DNA from: Caldilineaceae bacterium SB0661_bin_34
GTDB taxonomy: Bacteria; Chloroflexota; Anaerolineae; Caldilineales; Caldilineaceae
DNA: 64,000 bases
NCBI GenBank assembly: GCA_009841145.1
Contig: VXMJ01000040.1
Coordinates: 2,324-66,323, forward strand
Direction: 5' to 3'
Shown here: in pieces, positions 47,894-57,808 of the stretch
Numbering within the stretch: position 1 is the first letter of the stretch
Layout: each line of letters starts with the position of its first letter
Notes under the pieces: model-generated
Seen by the model: only the letters and a program-made list of their open reading frames with translations
Database searches by the model: none
Told to the model about the DNA's origin: nothing
Made by a program: the position numbers and the translations under genes

Positions 47894-48844
47894 TCAAACG
47901 CGGAAGGGATTGGTCCAAGCGCGCCGTCCTTGGTGATCGATGGCCGTGAGCCGGGCGTAGGGTCCTTTGATCGCCTTCAGATCCAACTCCGCCGAGGTGA
48001 AATCGGCGTCCTGGACAATGCTGGAGCTGGCGGCCCCTCGGCCGGTCAAGTAAATGTCGCGGACTGGCGATGTCCGCACGGCCAGCATGTCGCTGCCCGG
48101 CTTGGAGGTGACTTCCAAGAATTCCGGTCCCTGGCTGGAATAGAAATGCCCGGCGTGCAACGCCGCGAGCAGGTCCGCAGGTTCCGGTGTGGAACTGCGC
48201 ACCATTACCCAATTGCGGCAAGAGTCGGGACGGACCGAGTTGAAGTGGGCATCATCAGTGGCGATGATCTGGTAGTAGCGTTCCTGGCTGAGGAGGCGGT
48301 CGATGTAGCCGGTGCTGTCCCCCTTGCCGTTACCGACCGTGCAGGCGGTGTTGAAGATCTCTATGGCTTGGGCGGACGGCACAGAGAGGATGTCCTGATC
48401 GGTCAGGTCGTACCAGGCCGGATGGGCGGCCGCCACGTAAGCCCCGGCCGCGACGGCCCGCTCCGCCAGTTGCGGGCCGGTTTCATCGGCTCCCGTGGGC
48501 GCGAAGTCGGGTGGGAGCCCGACTGCCAGAATATGCCACTCGTCTCCCAAGCTGGTTGCCGGCGCGTGCAGCTCGGCTCCGAGGATGGTGGTGAAGTCGT
48601 CGGTGCGGTACGGAGTCGTGTCCGTGATGGGAAATTGATACCGCTCCCGAAAATGATCCGTAAGACTGATGAAGTCATAGCCATGCGCCCGGTAGTGGGC
48701 GCACACCTCCGCAGGACTCGTGCGGCCGTCGGATCTTGTGGAATGGGTATGCAAATTGCCTCGGTACCAGTTGCCGGACAAGCCGAAGGGAAGGTCTTGC
48801 AAGGTGAAACTCCTGGTTTCCATTCGCGGCGGGGCTGATAGCAC
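47894..48844 (-). CDS. PHP-domain (CehA/McbA-like) metallohydrolase
   Basis: GNLHTHSTRSDG...ISLTDH...AAHP...ATDDAH motifs. GTG at 48844 or ATG at 48823. Confidence 0.75.
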   Translation of the reverse strand: MLSAPPRMETRSFTLQDLPFGLSGNWYRGNLHTHSTRSDGRTSPAEVCAHYRAHGYDFISLTDHFRERYQFPITDTTPYRTDDFTTILGAELHAPATSLGDEWHILAVGLPPDFAPTGADETGPQLAERAVAAGAYVAAAHPAWYDLTDQDILSVPSAQAIEIFNTACTVGNGKGDSTGYIDRLLSQERYYQIIATDDAHFNSVRPDSCRNWVMVRSSTPEPADLLAALHAGHFYSSQGPEFLEVTSKPGSDMLAVRTSPVRDIYLTGRGAASSSIVQDADFTSAELDLKAIKGPYARLTAIDHQGRRAWTNPFRV

Positions 48845-48920
48845 CTATTTTATTCCAGTGACGATCGCAAGGGCTGTTTGCCATTGATTGAACAATCCTA
48901 AACACAGCTTCACCTCCAGT

Positions 48921-48956
48921 ATCGCCAACAGCCAGCGCCTTCAGGCTGTTGGCGAT
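48921..48956. repeat. Perfect 13-bp inverted repeat (ATCGCCAACAGCC-N10-GGCTGTTGGCGAT)
   Basis: Read directly from the sequence. It lies in the ~600-bp non-coding A/T-richer stretch between the PHP gene start and the 49454-50158 gene end. A second imperfect hairpin (CCGACCCC-CTGC-GGGTTCGG) follows at about 48972-48991. Confidence 0.6.
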
Positions 48957-49453
48957 GCAACCTGCCGGATCCGACCCCCTGCGGGTTCGGTGCGCGTTGA
49001 CTATGGAGAGCCCAAGTGCATTTGAGGATCTCGGTGGCAATGCGGCGTACATCCGAGCAATAGAAAGCGCGAAACGCCGCAACCCTGCAATTTCTTCATA
49101 CACATCGCCGCCATTGACCCCGAGTGTGGAAAGGACACCCCACACTCTCTTCGCTTGGCACTTTGGCAAGGCCTTGTGCAATACAGACAGCTGTCACCTG
49201 AACTCAAGGCACATCCCGTATCCCAGATACACCAGACCTTCGCCTGCATATTGAGAGGCAGGCACATGCCGACACTCACCGTGGGCTTCAAGCGCGCACC
49301 CGGCGCCGGAATGAATGGGCAGTGGCTGACCAGTCTGTGGTTGGACTTAAAGGCGTAGCAGGGCGTTGTGTCGGGTGCCTCTGGTAGAACCAATGATTTT
49401 GTACCCACCCGATCACTCACCATTCCAACCCTACACCTCAATTGCCTCGACGG

Positions 49454-50158
49454 TTACCCTGGCTTCCGGTCACGGAAGTGCTCAAAACTGACCTTGTAGT
49501 TGAATACCAGTTGTTTTCGGGATTCCGACAAGGGGATCGCCTCTTTCGGTTCCGACCAGCCACGCCCCCGCGGGAGTTCGTGGAGGGATGAGGCGAACTG
49601 TGCGTATTCAGCCTCCCGACCAACGATCGCGCGACGTCTGTGACGTATGGCCTGGGGAGAGTAGTGAAGAATGGTGCCGGCGTGCCCGCGCAAACCCTTT
49701 TCGGACAGGAACTGCCCCACCGGCTTCCCAATGGATATGATCCTTGCATTGGGCTTGGCAACCAGCCTGAACTCTTTCTCGAAGAGCCGATACCAATCTT
49801 CGTACTTCGCGGGATTGCCTGCGGCTTTGGCCTTGGTCGGCATGGTCCCTTTGGCCAAGTCCGTGACATGGTAGGTTTCCCCACTCCGACAGAGGTAGTT
49901 CCTTGCACAGAAGTGCAGGATGAAGTCCTCTGTCGAATTGCAGAAATTCCTGAAACCTTCATCTATCAGCCTCTGGGCCTCGTCCTTGGATCTCGCTCCC
50001 ATTGAAGAGGGTTCCATGGCAACCAGGACGAAATCCACCGGTCCGCTCGGTTCTACGGTTGGCAGGTATACGCTTTCCACATCCCAACGTTTTTCATCCC
50101 GTGCAACCTGACAGCGGAATTGCTCCTCCAGCTTTGCGTATTTCTGTTCGAATGTCAT
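49454..50158 (-). CDS. Hypothetical 234-aa protein, possibly uracil-DNA-glycosylase-superfamily fold
   Basis: The ATG at 50158 gives MTFEQKYAKLEE... The spacing of VDFVLVAMEPS (motif-A-like), ETYHVTDLAKG and TILHYSPQA (HPSP-like motif B) recalls UDG-superfamily proteins. Weak, by eye only. A/T-richer than the surroundings. Confidence 0.45.
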   Translation of the reverse strand: MTFEQKYAKLEEQFRCQVARDEKRWDVESVYLPTVEPSGPVDFVLVAMEPSSMGARSKDEAQRLIDEGFRNFCNSTEDFILHFCARNYLCRSGETYHVTDLAKGTMPTKAKAAGNPAKYEDWYRLFEKEFRLVAKPNARIISIGKPVGQFLSEKGLRGHAGTILHYSPQAIRHRRRAIVGREAEYAQFASSLHELPRGRGWSEPKEAIPLSESRKQLVFNYKVSFEHFRDRKPG

Positions 50159-50316
50159 CGTAATCTCCCTTGAATCCCAATTTCTGGACGGACACCGGCC
50201 GGATCCTTTGAGAATCCCGAATCTCCCGCTGGGCATGGTTTGTGCCTCGGTCGGCCGCGTCCCGCCATGCCATTCGCAGCGGCTGGCCTCCGGACCCAAG
50301 ATCCTGTGCTTTCCGG

Positions 50317-51483
50317 TCAGGAGGCGGAATCGTCAGGAACGCGCCGGTCCCCAACCAACCAGAACAGGGCCGCCGCAGACAGTGCCAGCAGGGACCAGAA
50401 CTGAAACGGCCGGCCTGGACCCAGCGCGGCCAGTGCGTTGCCGGCTGCCGGCGCCACCGCCCCGCCCAATTGCATGCCTACCATGGACAGTCCCATGGCG
50501 CTGCCGGCGTAGGCCGGTCCCACGCCCTCGCTCTCCATCAGACGGGTGATCATGATGCTCATGAAGGCATCGCGCATGAGGCCGGCCACCACCATCACGG
50601 CAAACACGGACTGATTGGTCACCAGCGGTATGGCAAACGTGGCCAGGGACAGCGAAATGGAGCCGGCCAGCATGAAGGACCGCCGATGACCGCTGCGATC
50701 AGACCACACCGAGAAGGGGAGAGTGGCCACCAAACTGGCCACATGGAACAGCGAGACGGCCAAATCGGCCCGCGGGCCCGCCCAGCCCACATTGCGCAGG
50801 AACAGCGGCACATAGCCCAGCATACTGTTGACACATGCGCCGTAGCCGAAGTTGGCCAAGGTCATCAAGCGAATGTCCCACAGCTTGGCGACATGCTGCA
50901 GCCCCGCCGTGAAATTGTGGCCGGCAGCATGCTCTGCCACCCGGTCCACACCAGTACGCTTGGGAATGAAAAGCCAGACACACCCGAACAAAATACCCAG
51001 GCTGCCGAACAACGCCAGGACCAATCGCCAGCTTCCGAGCCAGGGGGAGAGGTAGGTTGCTGCCGTGATGGCACCCAGCATGAACCCGGATGCCATGCCG
51101 ACGGACACGCCGGCATTGGAGATGCTCAGCTGCCGCCGGGGAAAGAATTGGGCTCCGGCCTTGTGCAGGTTCAAAGGAATCAGGTTGATGAACGGCCCTG
51201 TCAAAAAGGAACAGGCCAGCAGCCAGCCAAACTCAGGGACCAAACCGCGCGCCATGCCGAAAAACCCGGTGCCTACGCAGGCCACCACCAACGAGGTCCG
51301 CGCGCCGTAGCGGTCGCTCAGTGTGCCGCCCAGGACCGAGGACACCACTCCGGTCAGGACATCGGCACCCCAAATCAGGCCGGTCTGGAAGAGACTGAGT
51401 TCCAGTTGTTCCCTGATCTCCGGCAGCATGACCGCCAGGGCCATGCGCGGGGCCGCCGTGGCCAGGCCGGCGGTTCCGATCAT
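50317..51483 (-). CDS. MFS transporter
   Basis: About 12 TM helices and the MFS loop motif GTLSDRYGAR between TM2 and TM3. Confidence 0.8.
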   Translation of the reverse strand: MIGTAGLATAAPRMALAVMLPEIREQLELSLFQTGLIWGADVLTGVVSSVLGGTLSDRYGARTSLVVACVGTGFFGMARGLVPEFGWLLACSFLTGPFINLIPLNLHKAGAQFFPRRQLSISNAGVSVGMASGFMLGAITAATYLSPWLGSWRLVLALFGSLGILFGCVWLFIPKRTGVDRVAEHAAGHNFTAGLQHVAKLWDIRLMTLANFGYGACVNSMLGYVPLFLRNVGWAGPRADLAVSLFHVASLVATLPFSVWSDRSGHRRSFMLAGSISLSLATFAIPLVTNQSVFAVMVVAGLMRDAFMSIMITRLMESEGVGPAYAGSAMGLSMVGMQLGGAVAPAAGNALAALGPGRPFQFWSLLALSAAALFWLVGDRRVPDDSAS

Positions 51484-51547
51484 CAGGGCCCATAGGGCCC
51501 ACTTGCCGGTGTTGGAGACACCGGGTTGATGCAGCGAAGCGGAGATG

Positions 51548-54226
51548 TCAGTCGACCAGAATGGTCGGACCCAGCGGCCAGGCGCCTACCCGTGCACCGT
51601 AGACCGAGAATCCGCGGGTGGAACCGTTGCCCGTCGAGTCGAGCCGGAGGGCCAAGTCGCTTGTGCCGGGCTCAAAGTTGAGAGCCGCCAGACGCTCGCC
51701 GCGAACGGACACTCGCTGCAGGTAGCCATGGGAGCCGGGCTCTATCCCCCGATGGTGGCTCAGCACGCCGCGTGCATCGGCCGGATCGTCGGGCAGTTCC
51801 CAGGTATCAACCTTTACATCCTGCAGGTACACGTCCACCGTTGTGGGGAACTGCCGGTCCTGCATGGTTTGCGGCGTATGCGACCGCCAGTTGCGCGGCG
51901 GCCAGGAAAGCTTCTCCATGCCGGAGGCGCGGGAACCCACCTCGCACAGGAACTCCAGGCCGTTAACGGCGCTCAGCGTGGACGGGAGCCTAATCCGATA
52001 GGAGACCGAACCGGGACCGTTGCCGGCCAGCTTGCCTCCGGCGTCTCCTCGGCTCGTGATGGGCCAGCTGGCTTGCACATAGTCCAGCGGATCCCAGGTC
52101 ACGCGCACGCGTTCGTCCAGGGTCCTTGGTTCCGCGCCACCGTCCTCGTCCCACACCTCGACATTGACATAGTTCCGGTGCAGAACATTGCCCTCCGGGT
52201 CGCACAGCCGCAGGGCCACGGTCAGCAGGCCGGTGGTATCCGGCACGGAGAACGAGACCGGTTCCGGACTGGACACCACCCCGAAGCGGCGCGGTTCCAC
52301 CGGCATGGTGCCGGAAGCCCACGTGCGCGTGTAGCCCAGGTTGTCGGTGAAGACGGCTTCCCATTCCAACGCGGCCTGCACCAGCTCGGGTCCCCAGTTC
52401 GAGACAAATCCCCAGGCCGCGAAATTACCGCGCGGCCTGACCGTCTGGCAAGGCGGACAGTCCAGGCCAGCAAACAGGAGCGCGTTCAGATCCGCAACCG
52501 ACATGCCGGGCACAAGGGCGTCGTAGCCGAAGACCTTGCCGCTCCGGTCGTACTTGGCAAAGCCGTTGTGCTCCCATTCGATGTCGGTCAGCTCGGTATA
52601 GACGTAGCCGCAGATCTTGTCGTGCCGGCGCAAGTCGGTGGTCAGGTACTTGAAGCACCAGGAAATGTCCATATCGCCCATGGCGGCGGAGATGCCGCCG
52701 TACTCGCTGTTCATCAGCGGCTGGGTGTCCTGCACGTTGCCTGCACCGATGTAGTTGAAGCCGGAGCCCGGATGCGTGCGGTCAACCACGTTTTGCACAT
52801 GCGCGCGGGCCGCGGCCCAGTCGTTGATGTAGAAGTGCCAGGAATTGACGTCGGTCTCGACATGGTCGTAGTTGCAGGGCGAGTTGTCCTCCACCAGCCG
52901 GGTCGGGTCCAGGGCGCGCGCCTCGTTCACGATGCTGCGCACCCACTCCTGCCCATCCTTGGTGTCCAGTTTGGACAGGCCCCACGTCTCGTTGAAGATG
53001 ATCCAGAGCATGATCGAGGGATGGTTGAAGTCCCGCTCGATCATGCCGGCCACGGTTTCCTCGCAGACCCGCCGCATGGCAGGGGAGTCCAGGTCCGGAC
53101 TGGGCATGTCGTAATGGATGATGACACCCAGTCTGTCGGCCCAGTAGTAGTACCGCGGATCGTTGATCTTGATGTGGCAGCGCAGCATGTTCAGGCCCAT
53201 GGCACGCGCCAGTTCCATGTCCCCGCGTATGACATCGTCGGACGGATAGGTGTAGAGGCCATCGGGATGGAACGCCTGATCCAGAGCCCCCGCCAGGTAG
53301 ATCGGATCGCCATTGAGATGGATGTATTCGTATTCGTTGTCCCCGTGCTTCCCGCGGCCGATCTCGCGCATGCCGAAATAGGTGTGGACCACGTCGGTGA
53401 CGCCGTCCGCGGATGTCAGGGCAACATCAACGTCATGGAGGAAGGGATCGTCCGGCGACCACAGCCGGGCCTCGGGGATGTCGAGCACCAGATCGTGGCT
53501 GGAGACATTGCCCTCGCCGGTTACCGGCAACAACAGCGCCTCGAACAATCCCTTCGGTGAGGACAACACCAAATCAAGCTCGGTCCCTTTGGGTGCCGCG
53601 ACCCGGACCTCGGCCCGCGCCTGACCATTGCGAATGTCCGGGCTGAACCGCACCGACTGCACATGGGCCTCCGGCCGACCCTCGAGCCAGACGGTCTGCC
53701 AGATGCCGCTGCTGTGCGTGTACCACCGCGGCACCTGCTTGCCCACCAGTGTGGCTGCATCCGCGATGTCATAGGCTCGGACCGTCACGCGCACCGTCTC
53801 TCCCGGCGCGGCCAATCCCGCCAAGTTGGCCTCGAAGGGCAGGAAACCGTTGTTGTTTTCCGCCACTAGGCGGCCGTTGACCCAGACCCGCGCGTTCCAG
53901 TCCACAGCCCCGAAGCGAAGCACGGGCTCGAGGCCGGTCCACTCGGCTGGAATGGTGACCTCCCGCTCGTACCAGCCGGCACCTTTGTAGTCCGTACGGC
54001 CCTGGCCGGACAGACGACTTTCCCATGGAAAGGGAACCGTGATCGTGGCTCCGGACCGTGACACGGTTCCCGTTTGGTGCCAGCGAAGCTGTTCGCCATG
54101 CGCCATCGCGTCAAAGCTGAAGTGCCAGGTGCCGTTGAGGTTCAGCCAGGCGTGGCGGCGGAAGTCGGGACGGGGATGTTCGGGTCTGGGTATGGTCATG
54201 GGGGAAGGAAACAAGGGCGGTACCAA
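51548..54226 (-). CDS. Glycoside hydrolase family 2 protein (beta-galactosidase/mannosidase/glucuronidase-like)
   Basis: N-terminus PRPEHPRPDFRR..LNGTWHF, acid/base WIIFNETWG, nucleophile region LMNSEYGG. About 890 aa with no signal peptide. Start possibly at MTIPRPE (54199). Confidence 0.85.
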   Translation of the reverse strand: MVPPLFPSPMTIPRPEHPRPDFRRHAWLNLNGTWHFSFDAMAHGEQLRWHQTGTVSRSGATITVPFPWESRLSGQGRTDYKGAGWYEREVTIPAEWTGLEPVLRFGAVDWNARVWVNGRLVAENNNGFLPFEANLAGLAAPGETVRVTVRAYDIADAATLVGKQVPRWYTHSSGIWQTVWLEGRPEAHVQSVRFSPDIRNGQARAEVRVAAPKGTELDLVLSSPKGLFEALLLPVTGEGNVSSHDLVLDIPEARLWSPDDPFLHDVDVALTSADGVTDVVHTYFGMREIGRGKHGDNEYEYIHLNGDPIYLAGALDQAFHPDGLYTYPSDDVIRGDMELARAMGLNMLRCHIKINDPRYYYWADRLGVIIHYDMPSPDLDSPAMRRVCEETVAGMIERDFNHPSIMLWIIFNETWGLSKLDTKDGQEWVRSIVNEARALDPTRLVEDNSPCNYDHVETDVNSWHFYINDWAAARAHVQNVVDRTHPGSGFNYIGAGNVQDTQPLMNSEYGGISAAMGDMDISWCFKYLTTDLRRHDKICGYVYTELTDIEWEHNGFAKYDRSGKVFGYDALVPGMSVADLNALLFAGLDCPPCQTVRPRGNFAAWGFVSNWGPELVQAALEWEAVFTDNLGYTRTWASGTMPVEPRRFGVVSSPEPVSFSVPDTTGLLTVALRLCDPEGNVLHRNYVNVEVWDEDGGAEPRTLDERVRVTWDPLDYVQASWPITSRGDAGGKLAGNGPGSVSYRIRLPSTLSAVNGLEFLCEVGSRASGMEKLSWPPRNWRSHTPQTMQDRQFPTTVDVYLQDVKVDTWELPDDPADARGVLSHHRGIEPGSHGYLQRVSVRGERLAALNFEPGTSDLALRLDSTGNGSTRGFSVYGARVGAWPLGPTILVD

Positions 54227-54307
54227 GGACCGCCAGCGGGCAGGAGAAAGCCGGATGGTTCCGGTGGATTAGGATGTGGAGAAAGGGGCAAGGATAGAGT
54301 AAGCAAT

Positions 54308-55360
54308 ATGCGAATGAGGACGGTCAAAGCCATCTATCCACGCTGGAACAGGCCGCTGTCGAACGCCTGGCAGTCGCACTTCTGGCAAATCGTGGTGATG
54401 GTCACCACGGAATGCGGACGCACCGGGTACGGCTATGGCGGAGGGGGCGAGCCTGCCGTGCAAGTCGTCAACAGCCACCTGAGCCGCTTCCTAACAGACC
54501 GCACACTTGAAGGGGTGGACGACATCCGGGCAGCGTGGCAGGCATTGTATCGCGCTTCGTTGCCGTACGGTCGCGGAGGCATTGCCATGATGGCCCTGAG
54601 CGGCGTGGATCTGGCGTTGTGGGATCTGTTGGGCCGTGCCCGGAATCAACCCGTATGCGAACTCCTGGGCGGTGGGCGCGTACCCGGTGTGCGTGCCTAC
54701 GCCTCCGGCCTTGCATTCGAAACCTACCGCGATATGGGTTTTGAGGCAGTGAAGGTTTTTCACCGCTGGCGGGAACCGGCCGATTACGACCGAACCGAGG
54801 CTCGGATCGCCAGGGCCAGGGAGGTGATGGGGCCCGAAGCCCTGGTAATGTTGGACTGCTACATGAGCTGGGACGCGGAGATCGCCGTGGAGATGCGGGA
54901 ACGCCTGGCACCCTACAACGTGTACTGGTTCGAGGATATTCTCACACCCGACCACAAGCGCGAGCTGGCGGAACTCAAGCCGAGGTTGGCTCCGGTGCTT
55001 TCCGCCGGCGGCGAGCACGAATTCACCCTGGACGGGTACCAAGCCCTGGCCAGAGCCGATTCTTTGGACATCTGGCAGCCCGACGTGACATGGTGCGGTG
55101 GCCTGACCGGAGCTTTGGCCATCCTGGAACTGGCGGATAGGAAAGGCATCCCCGTATGCCTGCATCGAGGGGGCGAACCATGGGGCTTGCATCTGATTTC
55201 CGCCTCGAACTGCCTTGACTTAGCGGAACTTGTGGGTCCGGACCGGCGGGATGGAACCGTTCAGGCCTGGGAGGGATTCCCCAGGCTGGCGGACGGACTC
55301 CTGCACGTTGCCGACCGGCCCGGCTTCGGGGTGGAGCCCGATCCCGTCTTGCTCGCCTAA
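54308..55360 (+). CDS. Enolase-superfamily (mandelate racemase / muconate lactonising enzyme family) acid-sugar dehydratase-like protein
   Basis: Metal-ligand pattern MLDCYMSWD ... YWFEDIL ... GGEHEF. Start at MRMRTVKAIYPRWN (54308). Divergent from the GH2 gene. Confidence 0.8.
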   Translation: MRMRTVKAIYPRWNRPLSNAWQSHFWQIVVMVTTECGRTGYGYGGGGEPAVQVVNSHLSRFLTDRTLEGVDDIRAAWQALYRASLPYGRGGIAMMALSGVDLALWDLLGRARNQPVCELLGGGRVPGVRAYASGLAFETYRDMGFEAVKVFHRWREPADYDRTEARIARAREVMGPEALVMLDCYMSWDAEIAVEMRERLAPYNVYWFEDILTPDHKRELAELKPRLAPVLSAGGEHEFTLDGYQALARADSLDIWQPDVTWCGGLTGALAILELADRKGIPVCLHRGGEPWGLHLISASNCLDLAELVGPDRRDGTVQAWEGFPRLADGLLHVADRPGFGVEPDPVLLA

Positions 55361-55405
55361 CCATGAACCGAAAGGCTGCACTCGGAATGTCCTAAAATCG
55401 TGGAT

Positions 55406-56527
55406 ATGGACCACATCACGAAACCTGTCCCGGGCATGGACACAGCCGTCAAGCCGGACACCTCCGTAGCCGTGCCGGCGCGGGACAACGGCCTGACAAC
55501 CAAGACCGGTACTGCCACGCCCCTGTCCCCCTCGACGGCACCCAACGGCGGCGAGGCTTCCAGCGTCTGGTGGGCCCACATCAAGGCGCTCGACCACTAC
55601 GACCCCACCTACCCCTACGATCCCCAGCACGTCTACGGTCCCGACTGGACCGACGACGACGCCTACGGCAAGGACGGGGTCACCTTCATGGCCGGGCCGA
55701 CCCACCAGACCAGTGTCCACGGGTGCCACGACGAAGCCCAACGCCTACTGGGCCTGAATCGGGTGTTCCGGGAGCGGTGCCTGAAGCTGCCCGACCTGGG
55801 CGTGCCCGAAACCAACCGCTATGCCAAAAGCGGCCAGATCATTCCGGACGTCTTCATCCAAGAGCAGCCCCGTCCCGGCGAGGACGAGCACGAAGTTGTC
55901 TACGATCCGGACAATCCCATCCTGTTCGTGCTGGAGGTGCTGTCCCGGTCCACCTTCCACCGCGACCTCGAGCCCAAGGTCGAAATCTACCGGGCCATGG
56001 GAGTCCGGGAGTACTGGCGTTACGACCCGAAGCGGTGGCATCGCAAGGAAGGCGAACCCCTTCTGTGGGGCCTGCGCCTGTCGGCTGACGGCGCATACGA
56101 AGCCATTGAACCGGTCCGCCACGAGGACGGGCAGCCCGTTTACCGAAGCGACACGCTGGGAGAGTTCCGCATGTTGGACGAGGGCGGAAACGTCCACACC
56201 TTCCAGACTTGGGACAGTGAACGCAGTGTCTGGCTGGACCCGATGCGGGCCAGGGACCTGAACGCCGATGAGGTCAGACAGGTGGCAGTGCAAGAAACTG
56301 CAGCCCAAACCCGAATGGAGACCAGGTTGGAGATCCGGATGGAGGACCTCCTGGCCCTGCTCAGACAACATGTGGCACAAGGGGCATTGGCACCCGACGT
56401 GCCGCATACCTTGGCCGCGGCCTGGCAGAAGGCCCAGTGGGTACCCGACTTCGCCGAGGCCCTGCGGGTAACGAACGGCGAGCGCGACTGGTTAACCCTC
56501 CTGCCGCCAGGGGACTACAGGACCTGA
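55406..56527 (+). CDS. Long Uma2-family (DUF820, PD-(D/E)xK) endonuclease-like protein, copy A
   Basis: Core IIPDVFIQE...ILFVLEVLSRSTFHRDLEPKVEIYRAMGVREYWRYDP is the Uma2 signature. It has an extra ~95-aa N-terminus (WWAHIKALDHYDPTYPYDP...DDDAYGKDG) and a ~130-aa C-terminal extension. GTG at 55400 or ATG at 55406. Confidence 0.8.
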   Translation: MDHITKPVPGMDTAVKPDTSVAVPARDNGLTTKTGTATPLSPSTAPNGGEASSVWWAHIKALDHYDPTYPYDPQHVYGPDWTDDDAYGKDGVTFMAGPTHQTSVHGCHDEAQRLLGLNRVFRERCLKLPDLGVPETNRYAKSGQIIPDVFIQEQPRPGEDEHEVVYDPDNPILFVLEVLSRSTFHRDLEPKVEIYRAMGVREYWRYDPKRWHRKEGEPLLWGLRLSADGAYEAIEPVRHEDGQPVYRSDTLGEFRMLDEGGNVHTFQTWDSERSVWLDPMRARDLNADEVRQVAVQETAAQTRMETRLEIRMEDLLALLRQHVAQGALAPDVPHTLAAAWQKAQWVPDFAEALRVTNGERDWLTLLPPGDYRT

Positions 56528-56740
56528 ACCAGCCAACACCACCGATGAACGCCGCGACACGTCAACGTTCCCGCCTGTAAACCCGGTACCCGACCATGAG
56601 CGCGGGCATAAGGGCAGGGATACATTGGTCCAGATGTATGGACACCTCCTTCAGGGACAACGCGGGAGGCGCGTGCGCTTGATGCAAACTCAAATACCAT
56701 CGCCTGACGGCATTCGTTGACACGACTTGGGAACAGGGAC

Positions 56741-57808
56741 ATGTATCGCAGCCGCAATCCCGTCTCGGCCACGGATACGACTGACAACAGCGAAGCTCCG
56801 CGGTCCGAATCCGCACTCAAGCACGGACGGGAGACCACCTTGACAACCGGTCCCACAAGTCCGTGGTTCCCCAAGGTACCCGAGGGCAAGGACGGCGCGA
56901 GTACCTGGTGGGCCTACATTAAGGACCTGCCCCACTACGATCCCAACTACCCCTACGATCCCCGTCATACCTACGGGCCCGACGGCACCGACGACGACGC
57001 CTACGGCAAGGACGGGGTCCACTTCCCGGTCGGCCGCGCCCAACAAACAAGTATCCATGGATGCGTAAACGAGGCCTGGCGCCTGCTGGGCCGGGATCGA
57101 GTGTTCACGCAACGGTGCCTGAAGCTACCCAACCTAGGCGTGCCCCGGACCAACCGCTACGCCCGTTGCGGACAGGTCATGCCGGATGTGTTCATCCAGG
57201 AGCGGCCCCGCCCCGGCGACAACGGGCACTATGTCGCCTACGATCCGGACAACCCCATCGTGTTCGTGCTCCAGGTGTTGTTCCAGTCCACCTTCCACTA
57301 CGACCTCGGTCCCAAGGTCGACATCTACCGGGCCATGGGCGTGCGGGAGTACTGGCGCTACGACCCGGACCGGCTGCATCGCCGCACGGACGAACCTCTG
57401 CTGTGGGGCCTGCGCCTGTCGGCCGCCGGGGAGTATGAGGACATTGAACCGCTCCGCACGGTGGACGGGCAGCCCGTATACCACAGCGAGATGCTGGGGG
57501 AGTTCCGCATGCTGGACGAGGGCGAAAGCTACTACACTTTCCAGACGTGGGATGCAACGCGCAGCATCTGGCTGGACCCGGAACAAGCCTTGAAGCTGGA
57601 AGTCGCCACCCGGATCCGGATGGAATACCTACAGTTCCAACTGAGGCAGCAGGCGGACAGAGGGGGCCTGGAGACCCATGTACCGGACACCCTGGCTGCA
57701 GCCTGGCACAAGGCCAATTGGGTACCCGATGTCGCAAATGCCGTGGATGTGCTTCTCGGTACCGAAGACTGGTCAACCCTCCTGCCGCCGGGGGACCATA
57801 GGACCTGA
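56741..57808 (+). CDS. Long Uma2-family endonuclease-like protein, copy B (predicted catalytic Glu replaced by Gln)
   Basis: Paralogue of copy A along its whole length, with the same N-terminal WWAYIKDLPHYDPNYPYDP...DDDAYGKDG and C-terminal ...TLLPPGDHRT. The core reads IVFVLQVLFQST (CAG at 57272-57274) where copy A has LFVLEVLSRST (GAG at 55934-55936). Confidence 0.8.
   Translation: MYRSRNPVSATDTTDNSEAPRSESALKHGRETTLTTGPTSPWFPKVPEGKDGASTWWAYIKDLPHYDPNYPYDPRHTYGPDGTDDDAYGKDGVHFPVGRAQQTSIHGCVNEAWRLLGRDRVFTQRCLKLPNLGVPRTNRYARCGQVMPDVFIQERPRPGDNGHYVAYDPDNPIVFVLQVLFQSTFHYDLGPKVDIYRAMGVREYWRYDPDRLHRRTDEPLLWGLRLSAAGEYEDIEPLRTVDGQPVYHSEMLGEFRMLDEGESYYTFQTWDATRSIWLDPEQALKLEVATRIRMEYLQFQLRQQADRGGLETHVPDTLAAAWHKANWVPDVANAVDVLLGTEDWSTLLPPGDHRT

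Noticed and set aside
48675-49181. 168-aa minus-strand ORF upstream of and overlapping the PHP gene
   Set aside because: It starts at TTG with no ATG until well inside. It would overlap the PHP coding region by about 170 nt in another frame. Part of it (GVNGGDVYEEIAGLRRFALSIARMY) looks protein-like, so a decayed gene cannot be excluded, but support is insufficient.
51545-53560. 671-aa plus-strand ORF opposite the GH2 gene
   Set aside because: The GH2 catalytic motifs (NETWG, NSEYGG) are on the minus strand. The plus-strand product has no motifs.
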